A stretch of 64,000 nt of DNA from Chiloscyllium plagiosum. Lineage: Eukaryota. Of this stretch, positions 12,095-23,999 are shown in pieces. Numbering within the stretch: the stretch's first letter is position 1; each line of letters opens with the position of its first letter. Both the position numbers and the translations under genes were made by a program. The notes under the pieces are model-generated. The model saw only the letters and a list, made by a program, of their open reading frames with translations. It had not been told where the DNA came from and ran no database searches. The stretch is from NCBI RefSeq assembly GCF_004010195.1, contig NC_057719.1:25993641-26057640 (forward strand), given 5' to 3'.

Positions 12095-13090
12095 GGTTAA
12101 CAATTAAACAGTTCACTGGAGGAGTAGGCTCCACAAATATCCCCCAACTCAACTACAGGGGAGCCCTGTGCAAAAGATAGGGCTGAAGTATTTCCATCTT
12201 CAGCCAAAATGCTGAGTGGATGATCCATTGTGGGCTCCTCCTGAGATGCCCAGCAGCACAGATAGCAGTCCTCAAGCAATTTGATTCACTCCACATGATG
12301 TTAAGAGACAGCTGAAGGCATTGGATATTGCAAAGGCTATGGGCCTTCTGGAAATTTCACTTAAGATATGCTCCAGAATTAGAGATTGGCCTCTAACCAA
12401 ATTATTTCAGTAAAGCTACAACACTGGCATCTACTTGGCAATCTGAAAAGTTGTCCAGATATGTCTTGTCCACAAACACAAATCAATTTTTGAGAAGATT
12501 TGTAACCCGGGTTGAGGTTCTGGACCTCAGCGAGCAAACCTACATCTAACACAAAGCAAATCCAATCTAGCCAAATGCTGCTCTAATAACGTCCTGACAT
12601 CATCAGTGAAGTGTTAGAAGGGGTCACATCAATACTATTAACAGTACTTGCAAAGAATTAGCCTGCTTATCAATGTTCAGTTTGGATTCCACCAGGCACA
12701 GTCAGGTTCTGACCACATTACGGCCTTGGTCTAAACATGGTGATGAGAGTGCTGAACTCCAGAGGTGAGGTAACAGTGACTGCCCTTGGGAGCATGTGAC
12801 CAAGTGTGGGATCATGGAGCCACATAATACTGGAGTTAATTGAAAAAGCAACTCTCTGCTGGTTGGAGTCATACCAAGCGCAAAGGAAGATGGTTATTGG
12901 AGGCCAGTCATCTCAGCCCAAGGGCACTACTGAAGGAGTTCGTCGAGGTAGTGTCCCAGAACCAAACATTTTCAGCAGCTTCGTTAATAACTTACCCTCC
13001 ATCATAAGATCAGAAGTGGGGATGTTCACTGATGTTTGTATAATTTTCAGCAATACTGATGATTTCCCAGATACTTGAACAGTCTGGATC
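12095..13090 (+). mobile_element. Degenerate LINE RT region (second CR1-like family) with small PLE fragment at about 12488-12548
   Basis: WLESYQAQRKMV...GVRRGSVPEPNIFSSFVNNLPSIIRSEVGMFTD is a decayed RT domain. It is homologous to 24000-25330. Confidence 0.75.
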
Positions 13091-14118
13091 CAAATAAAGT
13101 TCAGGATTAGAAAGGTCATTATGAATGACAATGATCGGCTGCTTGGTTTCTTCTGCTCCTATTCTTTCCTTGTTTTGCTCTTCAATGAGGGATAATCTAT
13201 TCTCTTACAAGCTTGTTTCACTTTTATCGTGAATTGATATTCATTTTTGAGTTAGGCCAATTCAAAACCTTTCATGAACTTATATTTTCATCCACTTTAG
13301 TTTTTTTTTGCTTTTGCTGTTCTCAGAGGGGCTAATCCCTACAAGACAAATCTACAATCCTGACAAATATTCAAATATGCTAGTGACTCTATTCCTTCAT
13401 TAATTTACTTTTAGCATCAATCAGAACAGGTAATCCATAGGACAAGTGAACATCTCCTATTCTAAGAAATCTGTTTTTGCAATCATTAGCCTTTGTTTAA
13501 CACATCAACAATATCCTGTGATAGGTGATTAATTTACTTTAAATAATCACATTTTTGAATACCACTTCTAACACTGAAGCAAATGCCTAACATAAATCAG
13601 AAACCATGCAGAACAAATCAAATTTTCAAACAATACATTCACGAATTGACAAATTCCTAATTGTTCCAGTAGTTAACTAATCAATTTCCTCAGTTCTTCT
13701 CTGAACTCTATTACTGTCAACAACAGTATAAAATGTATGGGTTGGGACTTGCCCAAGTTTTTTGACCTACTTCAAGTTGATATTGATTACTGCAATTGAT
13801 TTCTCCCAAGACAGAAAAAGCTCAAAATGGCTCCCTATATTTTCTGATTCCTTTACAGAATGATTTTAATCAGGTGCAATTCTGCAGCAGCAAGTCACTG
13901 AAAACAATTCCCTCTAAAAACAAATGTTTCTTCCAAAGTAAAGTAATATTCTCATGATACTGGAGTATGGAATAATTATATCCAACCAGAAATCATTCTT
14001 AAAGCTCTGACTTTTCAAAGAGATGGAAGATTCACTATAAACTCATATATGTTCCTAAGTACTGGATCAGTGGTGCTGGAAGAGCACAGCAATTCAGGCA
14101 GCATCCGAGGACAGGCAA

Positions 14119-14154
14119 AATCGACGTTTCGGGCAAAAGCCCTTCATCAGGAAA
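14119..14154 (-). ncRNA. Minimal hammerhead ribozyme motif
   Basis: Reverse complement reads ttc-CTGATGA-a-GGGC-tttt-GCCC-GAAA-CGTC-gatt. Stem I is weak. Confidence 0.65.
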
Positions 14155-14157
14155 GGG

Positions 14158-14188
14158 CTGATGAAGGGCTTTTGCCCGAAACGTCGAT
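14158..14188 (+). ncRNA. Minimal hammerhead ribozyme core (5' strand of stem I lost at the inversion junction)
   Basis: CTGATGA-a-GGGC-tttt-GCCC-GAAA-CGTC. Confidence 0.55.
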
Positions 14189-15231
14189 TTTGCCTGTCCT
14201 CGGATGCTGCCTGAATTGCTGTGCTCTTCCAGCACCACTGATCCAGAATCTGGTTTCCAGCATCTGCAGTCATTGTTTTTACCTATGTTCCTAAGTACAT
14301 TGCTTGCACATATCGTCAAAAACACAATTTGCTTGTAACAGTTAAAATGAACTTACACACTTTAAAAGGTACATTTTGGTCAGTGAATCAGCCCTGGAAA
14401 ATTGCGCAGAATGTGATAAAATAGAGTAAAAGGTTTCTGCGTGTTGAATTGGAGGTACGGTTGGAGGTGATGGAAAGGAGGAGGGGTGTACTGAATTTTC
14501 AGAGGGGCAGCAGATCCATTAAGATCAGTGAGACCATTAAAATCAATAGCGGGGGTTCTCACTCACCTAAGTAATTAATATCAGGGGAATGCATCTTCAA
14601 ATAAGATAAACCATAAATTCTACCCGTTCTCTAACACTGCTGAAATTTCCACACCCCTAGAATGCACATCCCAGTAATAGCTATGAAGGAGAAATAAACT
14701 CTAATGTCCATATGCTTTATCTCACATGAACACACTTTTACACATCTGCAGTTTGTGCAATTGGATAGCTATTCAACCATGCCAACTACATCATAAACCA
14801 GAATCTGGCTGGGAAATCTTTTCTTACCAGGAAAGGAGGGTTGAGCTGTAATATAGAGAGATCAGTAATCCCACTGCTGGGACTAAAAGCAATACCCAAA
14901 CTTGCTTGAGAAGGCAGGAGGAAACTGGGAGTCATTTTAATTTTGACAGTTAATGAAGAGGTTGCTGCTGGAACTCCTGTCAATTTGAGAACAGTGATTC
15001 ACTTCTCAGAGATGGCAACCCATACAGACAGCTGGCTAGCTCTGCCATGGGCCTTGAGGGCCATTTTCCCAGCAGTGGTGATCCAGCTGTGGAGGACCCT
15101 CGTAAAGTTGGTGGCCCACCCAAAAGTCCCTCACAGTTACTTTGAGATTAGGTTTTCAAATACTACCCATTTCCAGAGGTATCACTGAATGAACCACCAT
15201 TCAAACAGTGCCACATCCATTGCATTCAGTC

Positions 15232-15964
15232 AAAAGTGACATGACACCAAGTTATCGTCCAACAGGTTCATTTGAAATCACAAGCTTTTGGAGCGCTGCT
15301 CCTTTATCAGGTGACTTCATAAACTCCGAAAGCTTATGATTTCAAATAAATCTGTTGAACTATAGCATGGTCTCGTGTCACTTCTGACTTTGTCCCTCCC
15401 AGTCCAACACAGCCACCTCCACATCATGGCTACCATCAACACTACAAACTGTTGGCTCAAAGTGGAGACGATCTCCAAGAAGATCACAGCCATCGACATA
15501 GACATCATGTTTCTGCAGAGATACAAGAAAGCAGACGAGATCCCTGACAGGAATACAGATCACAAATCCACTCAAGTCAATCGACAACACAGACTACGCT
15601 GAAACTCTGCTGTTGCTCTTCTCACACACTCCTCAACCATCTTGTACACCAGCTCTATAGCAGACACCTCAACCTTGAAATCAAGACAGAGTCCCTATTC
15701 TCAGTTTGCACTCAAGACATAGCAGACCAGCTACAAGACACTGCCAAGCAGACGAGGCAACGGAATTATGCCACCTACGTACACACCAAGAATGGGAAAC
15801 CTGAGAAACTTGGAAAAAAAAGACTTGGGAAAAAAAAGACTTCACCTGACAAAGGAGCAGGGATCCGAAAGCTTGTGATTTCAAATCAACCTGTTGGACT
15901 ATAATCTGGCATCGTGTGACTTCAGACTTGTTCACCCCAGTCTAACATCGGCACCTCCACATCA
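15232..15964 (+). mobile_element. PLE fragment (AGCT-hammerhead family): inverted repeat, terminal repeat, probable ORF start, second terminal repeat
   Basis: Three copies of the ...ccgaaagcttgtgatttcaaataaacctgttggactata... repeat (one inverted). The second copy runs into ATG at 15426 (MATINTTNCWLKVETISKKITAIDIDIMFLQRYKKADEIP), which I take to be the PLE ORF N-terminus. Confidence 0.7.
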
Positions 15965-17074
15965 CAGCATTCCATTCAGTAACAGTGTGCATTTCTTTTT
16001 AGTAAAACACTATCATTTTTTTTCCAAAAGAGATTACAGTGCTGCCATAATTCTTAGAAAGTGCTTAGGATTCCATCCTTTTAAACAGCACTGGAGACCA
16101 GGGATTTCAGCAAAGAATTTTACCACAGTGTATTCTAGTCTGCACTTTACTTGGGCAATTATCTGAAAGTGTGAGTTTTCTGATTACATTTGATAGCACA
16201 AATGCCTGCAGTCATCACTGGATGATTTATCACCGAAACAGAGAGTTAATATCCTATGAGAGTTAAGTCTAGAATAGACTGTCTTACCTTTCAGTGAAAG
16301 TCAAGGTATTTTAATAATTCAGGCGAAGAGGACTGAAACTCCACTGAAGGTATATTTTCCCTTTGAAACATGGAACAGGATTGCAGATTCTTTTTCCTCA
16401 GTCGTTTCTTTTCTTTTTGAGAGACAGCATGGGTACTTGAATATGTCAGTTTTTGTCAGCGCGCCAAGTGAAATATAGTTTTGATCATCTTAAAATTAGA
16501 GCTCAAACATTCAGGGGCCAAGAAAGCACTTTATCCACACACTAAGAGTAATGGAATCCTGAAAATCTCTTCCCCATAAGGCTGTGGATGGCGGGGTCTG
16601 TTGGTGTACAGATTTTTGTTCGGTTAACGATATCAAGGGACAAGGAGAAAACGCAGAGAAGTGTGGCTAAGCAGTAGACCAGCCATGGTCCAACTGAATG
16701 ACAGAGCAATCCCAATGTCCCTCCGATACCAGGTTATATTTAACAAACTTTTATTCTGACAGCAATTGCGTGATATATGATCAATAATTTAGTATGGTTA
16801 GAAAACGTAATGCAATTTGGAAATAAAGAAAATCTCCAGTAAAGTGCTTTGCTTTCAGGTTTATTGCTAATAGCTCTTATAAAGACTGCATATAACAGCA
16901 CCGTGATCGGGTCAGCATGAAGAAGATGAATTAATTTTCCTGTTAAATATGCATACAGACTGTACTACTGCAAGTGACTGCGATTGGTTTAATGCACATG
17001 ATTTACATTGTGGAACAGCCCTTTAATGGTAATAGATCCTGTTTTTACAGGGAGACTTTTAAAAAAGTAAACCC

Positions 17075-17625
17075 TGAAGTAGAGCAGAAGGAGGCCATTC
17101 AGGCCAATGAGTCGGCTCCTCCATTCAGTGAGATCATTGTTCATCTGATAATCCTCAATTCCACTTCCCTGCCTTTCCCATAACCTTCGATACTCTTGCT
17201 GATTAAAACTCTGTCAACCTCAGCCTACTGAACAACCCAGCCTCTACAGCCCTCTGTGGTAAAGGAAGCCAGATTCACAACCCTCTGAGAAAAGAAATCA
17301 ATCCTCACCCCTGTCTACCTGGTTGATCTTTTATTCTGAGATGATGCCATCTGGTCTTCAGCTCTTCCTTTAGGAGAAAGAAGCTTTCTGCATCCATCTC
17401 AAGTCTGCTAAGAATCTTGTGTGTTTCAGTAAGGTTGTCTCTTATTCGAGGAGAAAGTGAGGACTGCAGATGCTGGAGATCAGAGCTGAAAAATGTGTTG
17501 CTGGAAAAGCACAGCAGGTCAGGCAGCATCCAAGGAGCAGGAGAATCGACGTTTCGGGCATAAGCCCTTCTCTTATTCTTCAAAGCTCCAATGAGTAGAA
17601 GTCCAACCTACACAACTTCTCCTTC
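17075..17625 (-). mobile_element. CR1 3' fragment
   Basis: Minus strand RDNLTETHKILSRL...KTRWHHLRI plus a typical CR1 3' UTR. Interrupted by a PLE fragment. Confidence 0.7.
17448..17570 (-). mobile_element. Short PLE terminal-repeat insertion
   Basis: 10-bp duplication tctcttattc (17438-17447, 17569-17578). Truncated within the hammerhead core. Confidence 0.85.
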
Positions 17626-19212
17626 AGATGTGCTAAAATGCTTGATAGCCAGTGAATTTCCCTGATTGAATTGAAAAGCCCCGAAAATGGATTACAGAAT
17701 GATGGATGCCAGAACTTGCCTACTCTGCATACCTCCAGCTGTCATTAACAGAAGCTGCTACCATCTTCACCAAATTGACATCTGGCATCAGAAGTGTATG
17801 CACACACATCTATCATCATTTTGATGAATGCACAGCACCCATAGAGGCAAATAACAGACACTACTAAGCCTGATTTCATGCCTCATATATAAATTATTTG
17901 CATTACTTGTATTCTTTAAATCACTGTACACATTTTACAACCAAATAGCTTTACTGGAAAAGACACTGGAAATCGATTTGTGATCTAGTACTTTGAAGAA
18001 GTAATCTAAAAATAATGGACTGAAATGTCTCACAGCACGTCACAGCCAGGTTAGTAGCTGTCATCAGTTCATCGAAATTGACTGGTAGCAGGTACTTCTT
18101 CAGGATTGAAATCTGACCTCAGATGCACTCAGAAGGCTAATAATTATGAAATAGATGAAGGAATGGAGAAGTTCAGATGAATGTCAATCTGAACATTGGA
18201 GCTTCTATGATGTGGGCAGAAATAATAGACAGAGTCTTCAGCCTACAGTTTCTTTAAGTGAGGAGCAATTTGCTCATATGCCAAAAATGTAATTTCAGCT
18301 CAGTCTGCACATCATTCTGATCTCACAGAAGATTTAGGGAAGTAAGCACAAACTGTGCATGCAGTTAATCGGCTGCTGGTTTTTCACCATGCTTTGTCAT
18401 CTATTAGCTGAAACTCACAGGATAATATTTCAAAGTTGTTTTTGAAACCTCATTTCCTATAGCCTCACTATCACTTTTATTTTTGGCTTAAAGTAAAACT
18501 CTTGCCAATATTTTTCAAATTAATAAAGTTGATAAGAAAATAACGTTTGACAGAGTGAAAAATGAGCAGCTGCTTCACTATCAGCCCACTTCATACACGT
18601 AGTGCTGATCAGTTTCACCTTCAACATGTCAATTCAAACCGTCCTATACAGATCCTGCAATGGTCAATGCTTCAGATAGGTTTATGACTTAAGCTGGCTT
18701 TAGTTAATCTCCTCCTTATATCATTTACTTTGTTGAAGGTGGGAATTGACAATCAGCTGCTTAGAACCCAGCCTGGCCCAGTTAGACATGTGATTTTCCA
18801 GCCTTGTGAGAATCCCTCATTTTAATTACTCCACCTTCTGTGCAGACAGTGAGAGGGGTAGCAAGAAGGCAAAATGAAGGATACGTTGATTCTGGAAAAG
18901 AACTCACCCCCTTCTCACTGCTGCACTGGGTTCTGGGAGAAAAGGTCGAGAGCTGATTTCCTTGACCCAGAGGCAATTAAGGACCCTATGTGGTCACTTC
19001 CTGGCCCCAAGAGCATCAATTTGCCACCTCCCCAGTCACCTGCCTCCATGTCAGGTGAGAACGAATGGAAAACCAGAGTGACCTGCTGGGGAGCGGAAGC
19101 CTGCAACTAGAGGCAGTCGGGAACACAAAGGGGATGGAACACGCATTGGCTTCTGAAAGCTACAGCCCTCTCCTTGCCATCAGCTGCTTCTAATATTCAG
19201 GGCTCTGACAAA

Positions 19213-19790
19213 GTGATGGTCTAATGGGATTATAGTAAAGCCATTAATCCAGAGATGAAAGTGTGTTGCTGGAAAAGCGCAGCAGGTCAGGCAGCATCCA
19301 AGGAACAGGAGAATCGACGTTTCGGGCATAAGCCCTTCTTCAAGAATCTCACCACCCATTAATCCAGAGACTCAGCTAACGTTCTGGAGACCTGAGTTCA
19401 AATCCTACCTCAGCAGATGGTGGAATTTGAATTCAATAGAAAATTTAGGAGTCAGCTGATTGAGACTTTATTTTCCCTCTTCTTCCCTAACGCTTGACTT
19501 CCTGTCACTCTGTCTAACTCAGCTTTTATAAAGTTGATGACCCAGCCTCCACTACTCACTGGCAAAACAAAATTTAATCAACACTGTTGGATTGTAGGGA
19601 AAAACCCTTGTGGTTCACTAATGTCCTTTAGAAAAGGTAATCTGCTGTTCTTACCTGGTCTGATCTACATATGAGTCCAGACACACAGCAATTCGGTTGG
19701 CTCTTGATTGCCCTTTGGTTAATTAGGAGTGGGCAATAAATATTAGTCTAGCTAACAAGACCCACATCCTTTGAACAAAAATTAAGAAAA
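19213..19790 (+). mobile_element. tRNA-derived SINE (43703 family) with nested PLE fragment 19256-19350
   Basis: Aligns to 43703-44048. The PLE insert is flanked by the 15-bp duplication ccattaatccagaga (19241-19255, 19356-19370). Confidence 0.8.
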
Positions 19791-20294
19791 GAATGCCAAT
19801 GTAATTCTCCAAGAGACCCATTTGTCAGCTGTCAATGTGCTGATTGGTGGGCAATGCGGTGAATTGTTTAGACGATGTTAGTCATCAACTAACTCTCACC
19901 TGATACTTTAAGAAAACTGGGAAAATTCCATACTGTGTATTCCTTGCCTTGGTCCCTATTTAAACTCTGCCTTTGCACCTCACTTTCCACCTTTAAGATA
20001 TTCTTTAAAACCTACCACTACAATAAATATTTGGTCATGGGCACTAATATCCTTTTAATTGGCTCATTGTCATGTTTTAGTTTATAATGCCCCTGTGAAG
20101 CATCTTGGGGATATTGTAACAATAAAGGCACAATGTAAACACAAAGTGGTGTTCGAAAATCACATTGTTTGTGATCTGGGACTGGAGACAGCCAATCCAC
20201 CTTTAATCAAACAGGTCAAGATTTCAGTCAGAAATAAATTAATTTTGCTTTTACTAAGTTTCAGTTTTGCTTTCAATGGGAGTATTCTCAAACC

Positions 20295-21255
20295 CAAGTC
20301 ATGGATTCAAGTCCTAATCTAGAAAATTGAGGACATAACCCAAGCTTTCAAAATAAGAAGTCTCCCATTTAAGATATATAGTCATTAATGTTGGATTTCT
20401 CTTCCCCAATGAACAATGGAGGCTGGCCTTAAAGGCTCAGGTAAACAGATTGAACGGGAATTCAACGTTTATGGGGAACAAGAGGGAATATGGAATGAGA
20501 AACTCAATGAGATCAGCCATGATCTTATTGAATGGTGCAGCAAGCTTGAGGAGCCAAATGATGTACACCTGTTCCTATTTCTTATGTTTTGAACGTGTTC
20601 TTCATGGTCAGAGGTGCCACCATTCTGATTAGACAAGGCTTGACTGCCTTCCTCAATTGATGCAACAGCTTCCATAGCACTATTCGAAGATCACCAGTAG
20701 AATTTTCCCAGCGTACTGGTCAATATTCATCATAGGGAGAGATGTAAAACTGATTATCTTAGTTTTATCTTAACTAATGGCGGTGCCTTGCTGCGTGTAA
20801 ATTGGCTTTCACATTTTCTCCATTACGGCAGTGACTATGCTTCAAAGGTACATCATTGGCTGCAAGACTTTGTTTTATTCACTCATGAGATGAGGGCGTC
20901 GCTGGCTGGCCGGCATTTGTTGCCTGTCCCTGACTGCACTTGAACTGATTGTCTTGCTTAGGCCATTTCAGAGGGCAATTGAAAGTCAGTCACATTGCTG
21001 TCGATCTAGAGTCACAGGAAGGCCAGACCAAGTAAGGATGGCTGATTTCCTTCCCTGAAGGACATTAGTGAGCCCAATGGCTTTTTTTCCATGGTCATCA
21101 GTAGATTCTCAATTACAGGCTTCTTTAAGTTTTTATTGAATTCAAATTTCACCATCTGCTATGATAGGATTCAAAGCCAGGTCCCCAGAACATTAGCTGA
21201 GGTGCTTTAGACTATCCTGAATTCATGAAAGGCACCGTATAAATGCAAGTTCTTA
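20295..21255 (+). mobile_element. DeuSINE/AmnSINE1-like SINE interrupted by a CR1 tail (about 20340-20590) and an inverted SINE (about 20872-21200)
   Basis: gcactattcgaaga...gtactggtcaatattcatc...aaattggct...cagtgactatgcttcaaaggtacatcattggctg...gaaaggcaccgtataaatgcaagt resembles the Deu domain and tail as I recall them. Confidence 0.65.
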
Positions 21256-21532
21256 TGTAAAACTATTATACTTTCACACCTGTTTTGGATGTTTTGCATC
21301 AAAGTCTTATTTTAGAAATACCTTACTGGCTCCAAAATGCATTTTGTGCAGGAGTCATAGCAGATAGCTCTTTCTATTACTTTGTGCAGAAAACAATATC
21401 ATTTTCACGGCTGTTCAGCTTTCAAAGTCCAAAAATAAACGAAGAATCAGCTCTCCTGCAAGCCTAAATCCTCCAGTCTACATGGATATTCAGCAAATGG
21501 ATATTTGTGCACAAGAGGAAAATAAACACGAA

Positions 21533-21813
21533 GGTGACATGGTGGCTCAGTAATTAGCCAGGGACCTGAATTTGATTCCACTCTCAGGCGACTGTCACTT
21601 TGGAATTTGCACATTCTTCCTGAGTTTGTGTGGGCTTCCTCCAGGTGCTCCGGTCTCCTCCCACAGTCCAAAGATGTGCAGGCTAGGTGTGATAGCGGTA
21701 GGAAATGCAAGGTTATGGGGGAGTGGGTCTGGGAAGGATGCTGTTTGGATAGTTGGTATGGATTTGATTGGCTGAATGGCTTTCTGCCACACTGTAGGAA
21801 TTGGATTCTATGA
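21533..21813 (+). mobile_element. HE1-like V-SINE
   Basis: tRNA-like head (ggtggctcagt), V-domain (ttgcacattctt...ctcccacagtccaaagatgtgcagg) and CR1-like tail attctatga. Confidence 0.85.
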
Positions 21814-22572
21814 TACGTTGCAAGTACCATAAGCTTCCTAAGATATTGTTGACGAGGAAATCATCCAATGAAATATAATTAAGCATAGGTTTTCTGTTGT
21901 TTTGATAGGGATCATAAATGCTAGCTTATGGCATGTCGAAGCCAAAATAGTTTAGATTCATTTTACTTAAGCTATCACGATTTCATTAAAGGATTTGAAA
22001 TATAGGATATCTCACAAAGAACTATTAGATAGCTGCTATACTTCCACCTGGTAAAGAGTTGTCAGTAACTCCTTCTGTACACTTCTAATCACACGTATTT
22101 GAATCCTGGAACGAAAATTCCTCTCAAAGACCAGCTCAACACATGAATTACCTGCTGTCTGGAGAAGACATTGAGATGTTCTGGGAAACTGCAGTGCAGA
22201 TAGATAAATTACCATTTTACACAGCCAGCTTTGATCCCTTCAGTGTCATTGCTGTCAATCGAGACCACTGCCATTTCTTCTAAATTTAAATAAAACTTGC
22301 AAAGTTGTGAGGCACCCTGAACATTTTTGTTTCATTGCAGCAGCCACAGAATCCCTCCTCAGCCAAGTGATAGCATCTTCATGGAATCAAATGGCGAATA
22401 ATTGAGTGCTTGTCCATTTTCCATTCTTCAAACTACCAAAATGAACTTCCAAAGAAGAAATAAAGTATAACTTCTTAAGTATTTCTTCTCCGCTTGAATT
22501 CCGGGTACTTCAAATATTTTTAATTTAACTGAAGAACTAATTTCTTCAGTTTAGAATCAAAAACAGAATTGC

Positions 22573-23613
22573 TCCTGTTTCCCTCCTGTTTTTGCAAAGA
22601 ATGCAATGCTGTCTCTGACATCAATATCGTCAGTGGATGTATCTGAGAGTCTAACTAAGCATGAAGATACACCGTGCTACAAATCACAATGTTATGCTAA
22701 AATCATACCAGAAAAAGGAGCACATTTGCAAATTCCTTGATTAATATTCCTCCCTTTCAAGAATTTTCCAATTCCAAAACATTTAAGATTCAGAAACAGA
22801 TGTGCATTGATTGAAAGCATTAATAATACAGGTCATTCTGGTATAATGCACGTTTTGTCAATGCAAATTGACGACAAAGCGATTGACGAATTGTGGACGC
22901 TGTTTGGATAGCGCAAACATTCTACTGAACGGGTATAACGATTTTCTATAGCGATTTTTACAGTGCAAGTTTCTATAGCAATCTTCCATTACACGAACAT
23001 CTATAGTGCGAGGTTGCAGAGGAATGTAATTGTCACGTTATACCACAATGCCCAGTATCCTAACTCCTACTCTCTGCGATGTTCATCAGTACATTGTAGT
23101 TTCCACTTACTCAAGTACAAAACAGTACAGTAATTATTACAATATTACTAAGCTGGACTAAACAAAATAACTGAGAATGAAAATAATGTTCCCTCTGTCC
23201 CTACTGTTGGTTTTTATGAGAAGAGATCATTGTTCACATAAAAACCCTATGAGGGCACTAAAGTGAGGCTGCTGTCAAATAGTTAATGATACTGTGTCTT
23301 TTTTCATTATTAATTTGAAAAAATATTACACAGTAATGTGTGATTCAGTCCCCGATGATAATCACAAAAAATTATGTTTTTATGGAATTCTATACAATCA
23401 GACCAGTTTATGAAAAATGAATGATCCTGTTTCCCTTCTGTTTTTGCAAAGAATGCAATGCTGTCTCTGACATCAATATTGTCAGCGGATGTATCTGAGA
23501 GTCTAGCTATGCACGAAGATACCACTGTGCTGCAAATCACAATGTTATGCTAAAATCATACCATAAAAAGGAGCACATTTGTGAATTCCTTGATTTATAT
23601 TCCTCCCTTTCAA
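22573..23613 (+). repeat. About 188-bp direct duplication (22573-22760 and 23425-23613)
   Basis: tcctgtttccct...gcaaagaatgcaatgctgtctctgacatcaatat...aaatcacaatgttatgctaaaatcatacca...ttcctccctttcaa occurs twice with scattered substitutions. Confidence 0.9.
22829..23055. mobile_element. Tc1/mariner (Tigger/pogo-like) MITE
   Basis: TA|CAGGTCATTCTGGTATAATG ... CGTTATACCACAATGCCCAG|TA: imperfect 20-bp TIRs with a TA target duplication. Confidence 0.75.
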
Positions 23614-23999
23614 TAACTCATCAATTTCATTTTAAAAATGCCATAGTCTCTATCAAATACTTGGGAGGAAAATGTTCACAAGATCCATAAATATGTTTGG
23701 GCGTTGAAAATGTGATTAACCTGTGCCCATTTATTCTTGTGAAGACAGCAAACAGACTTCTCCTTGCCTACCCATTGTCACAATTGAACTGTGCAGCCAG
23801 CAGTATTGTTGAGTAGCTGTATACCTGATTAGGAGGTGCAAAACTTTGAGTTGCTGCTATAAATTCAAGTTGGTCTATGGTTGTTAAAACATGCTCATGC
23901 TTTTCAGGGTGGAAGTGGTGACAAGCTCTGCGGTGCAGTAAAATAACAAGCAGAAGTTAGTCAGTAGCCAAGTGCTGCACTCAAAAGCTCAGACGATTT

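Larger units (their letters stand above)
14063..14283. mobile_element. Young PLE-derived head-to-head fold-back element with two hammerhead cores
   Basis: Arms 14062-14150 and 14158-14246 are essentially perfect inverted repeats. 15-bp duplication tatgttcctaagtac (14048-14062, 14284-14298). Confidence 0.9.
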
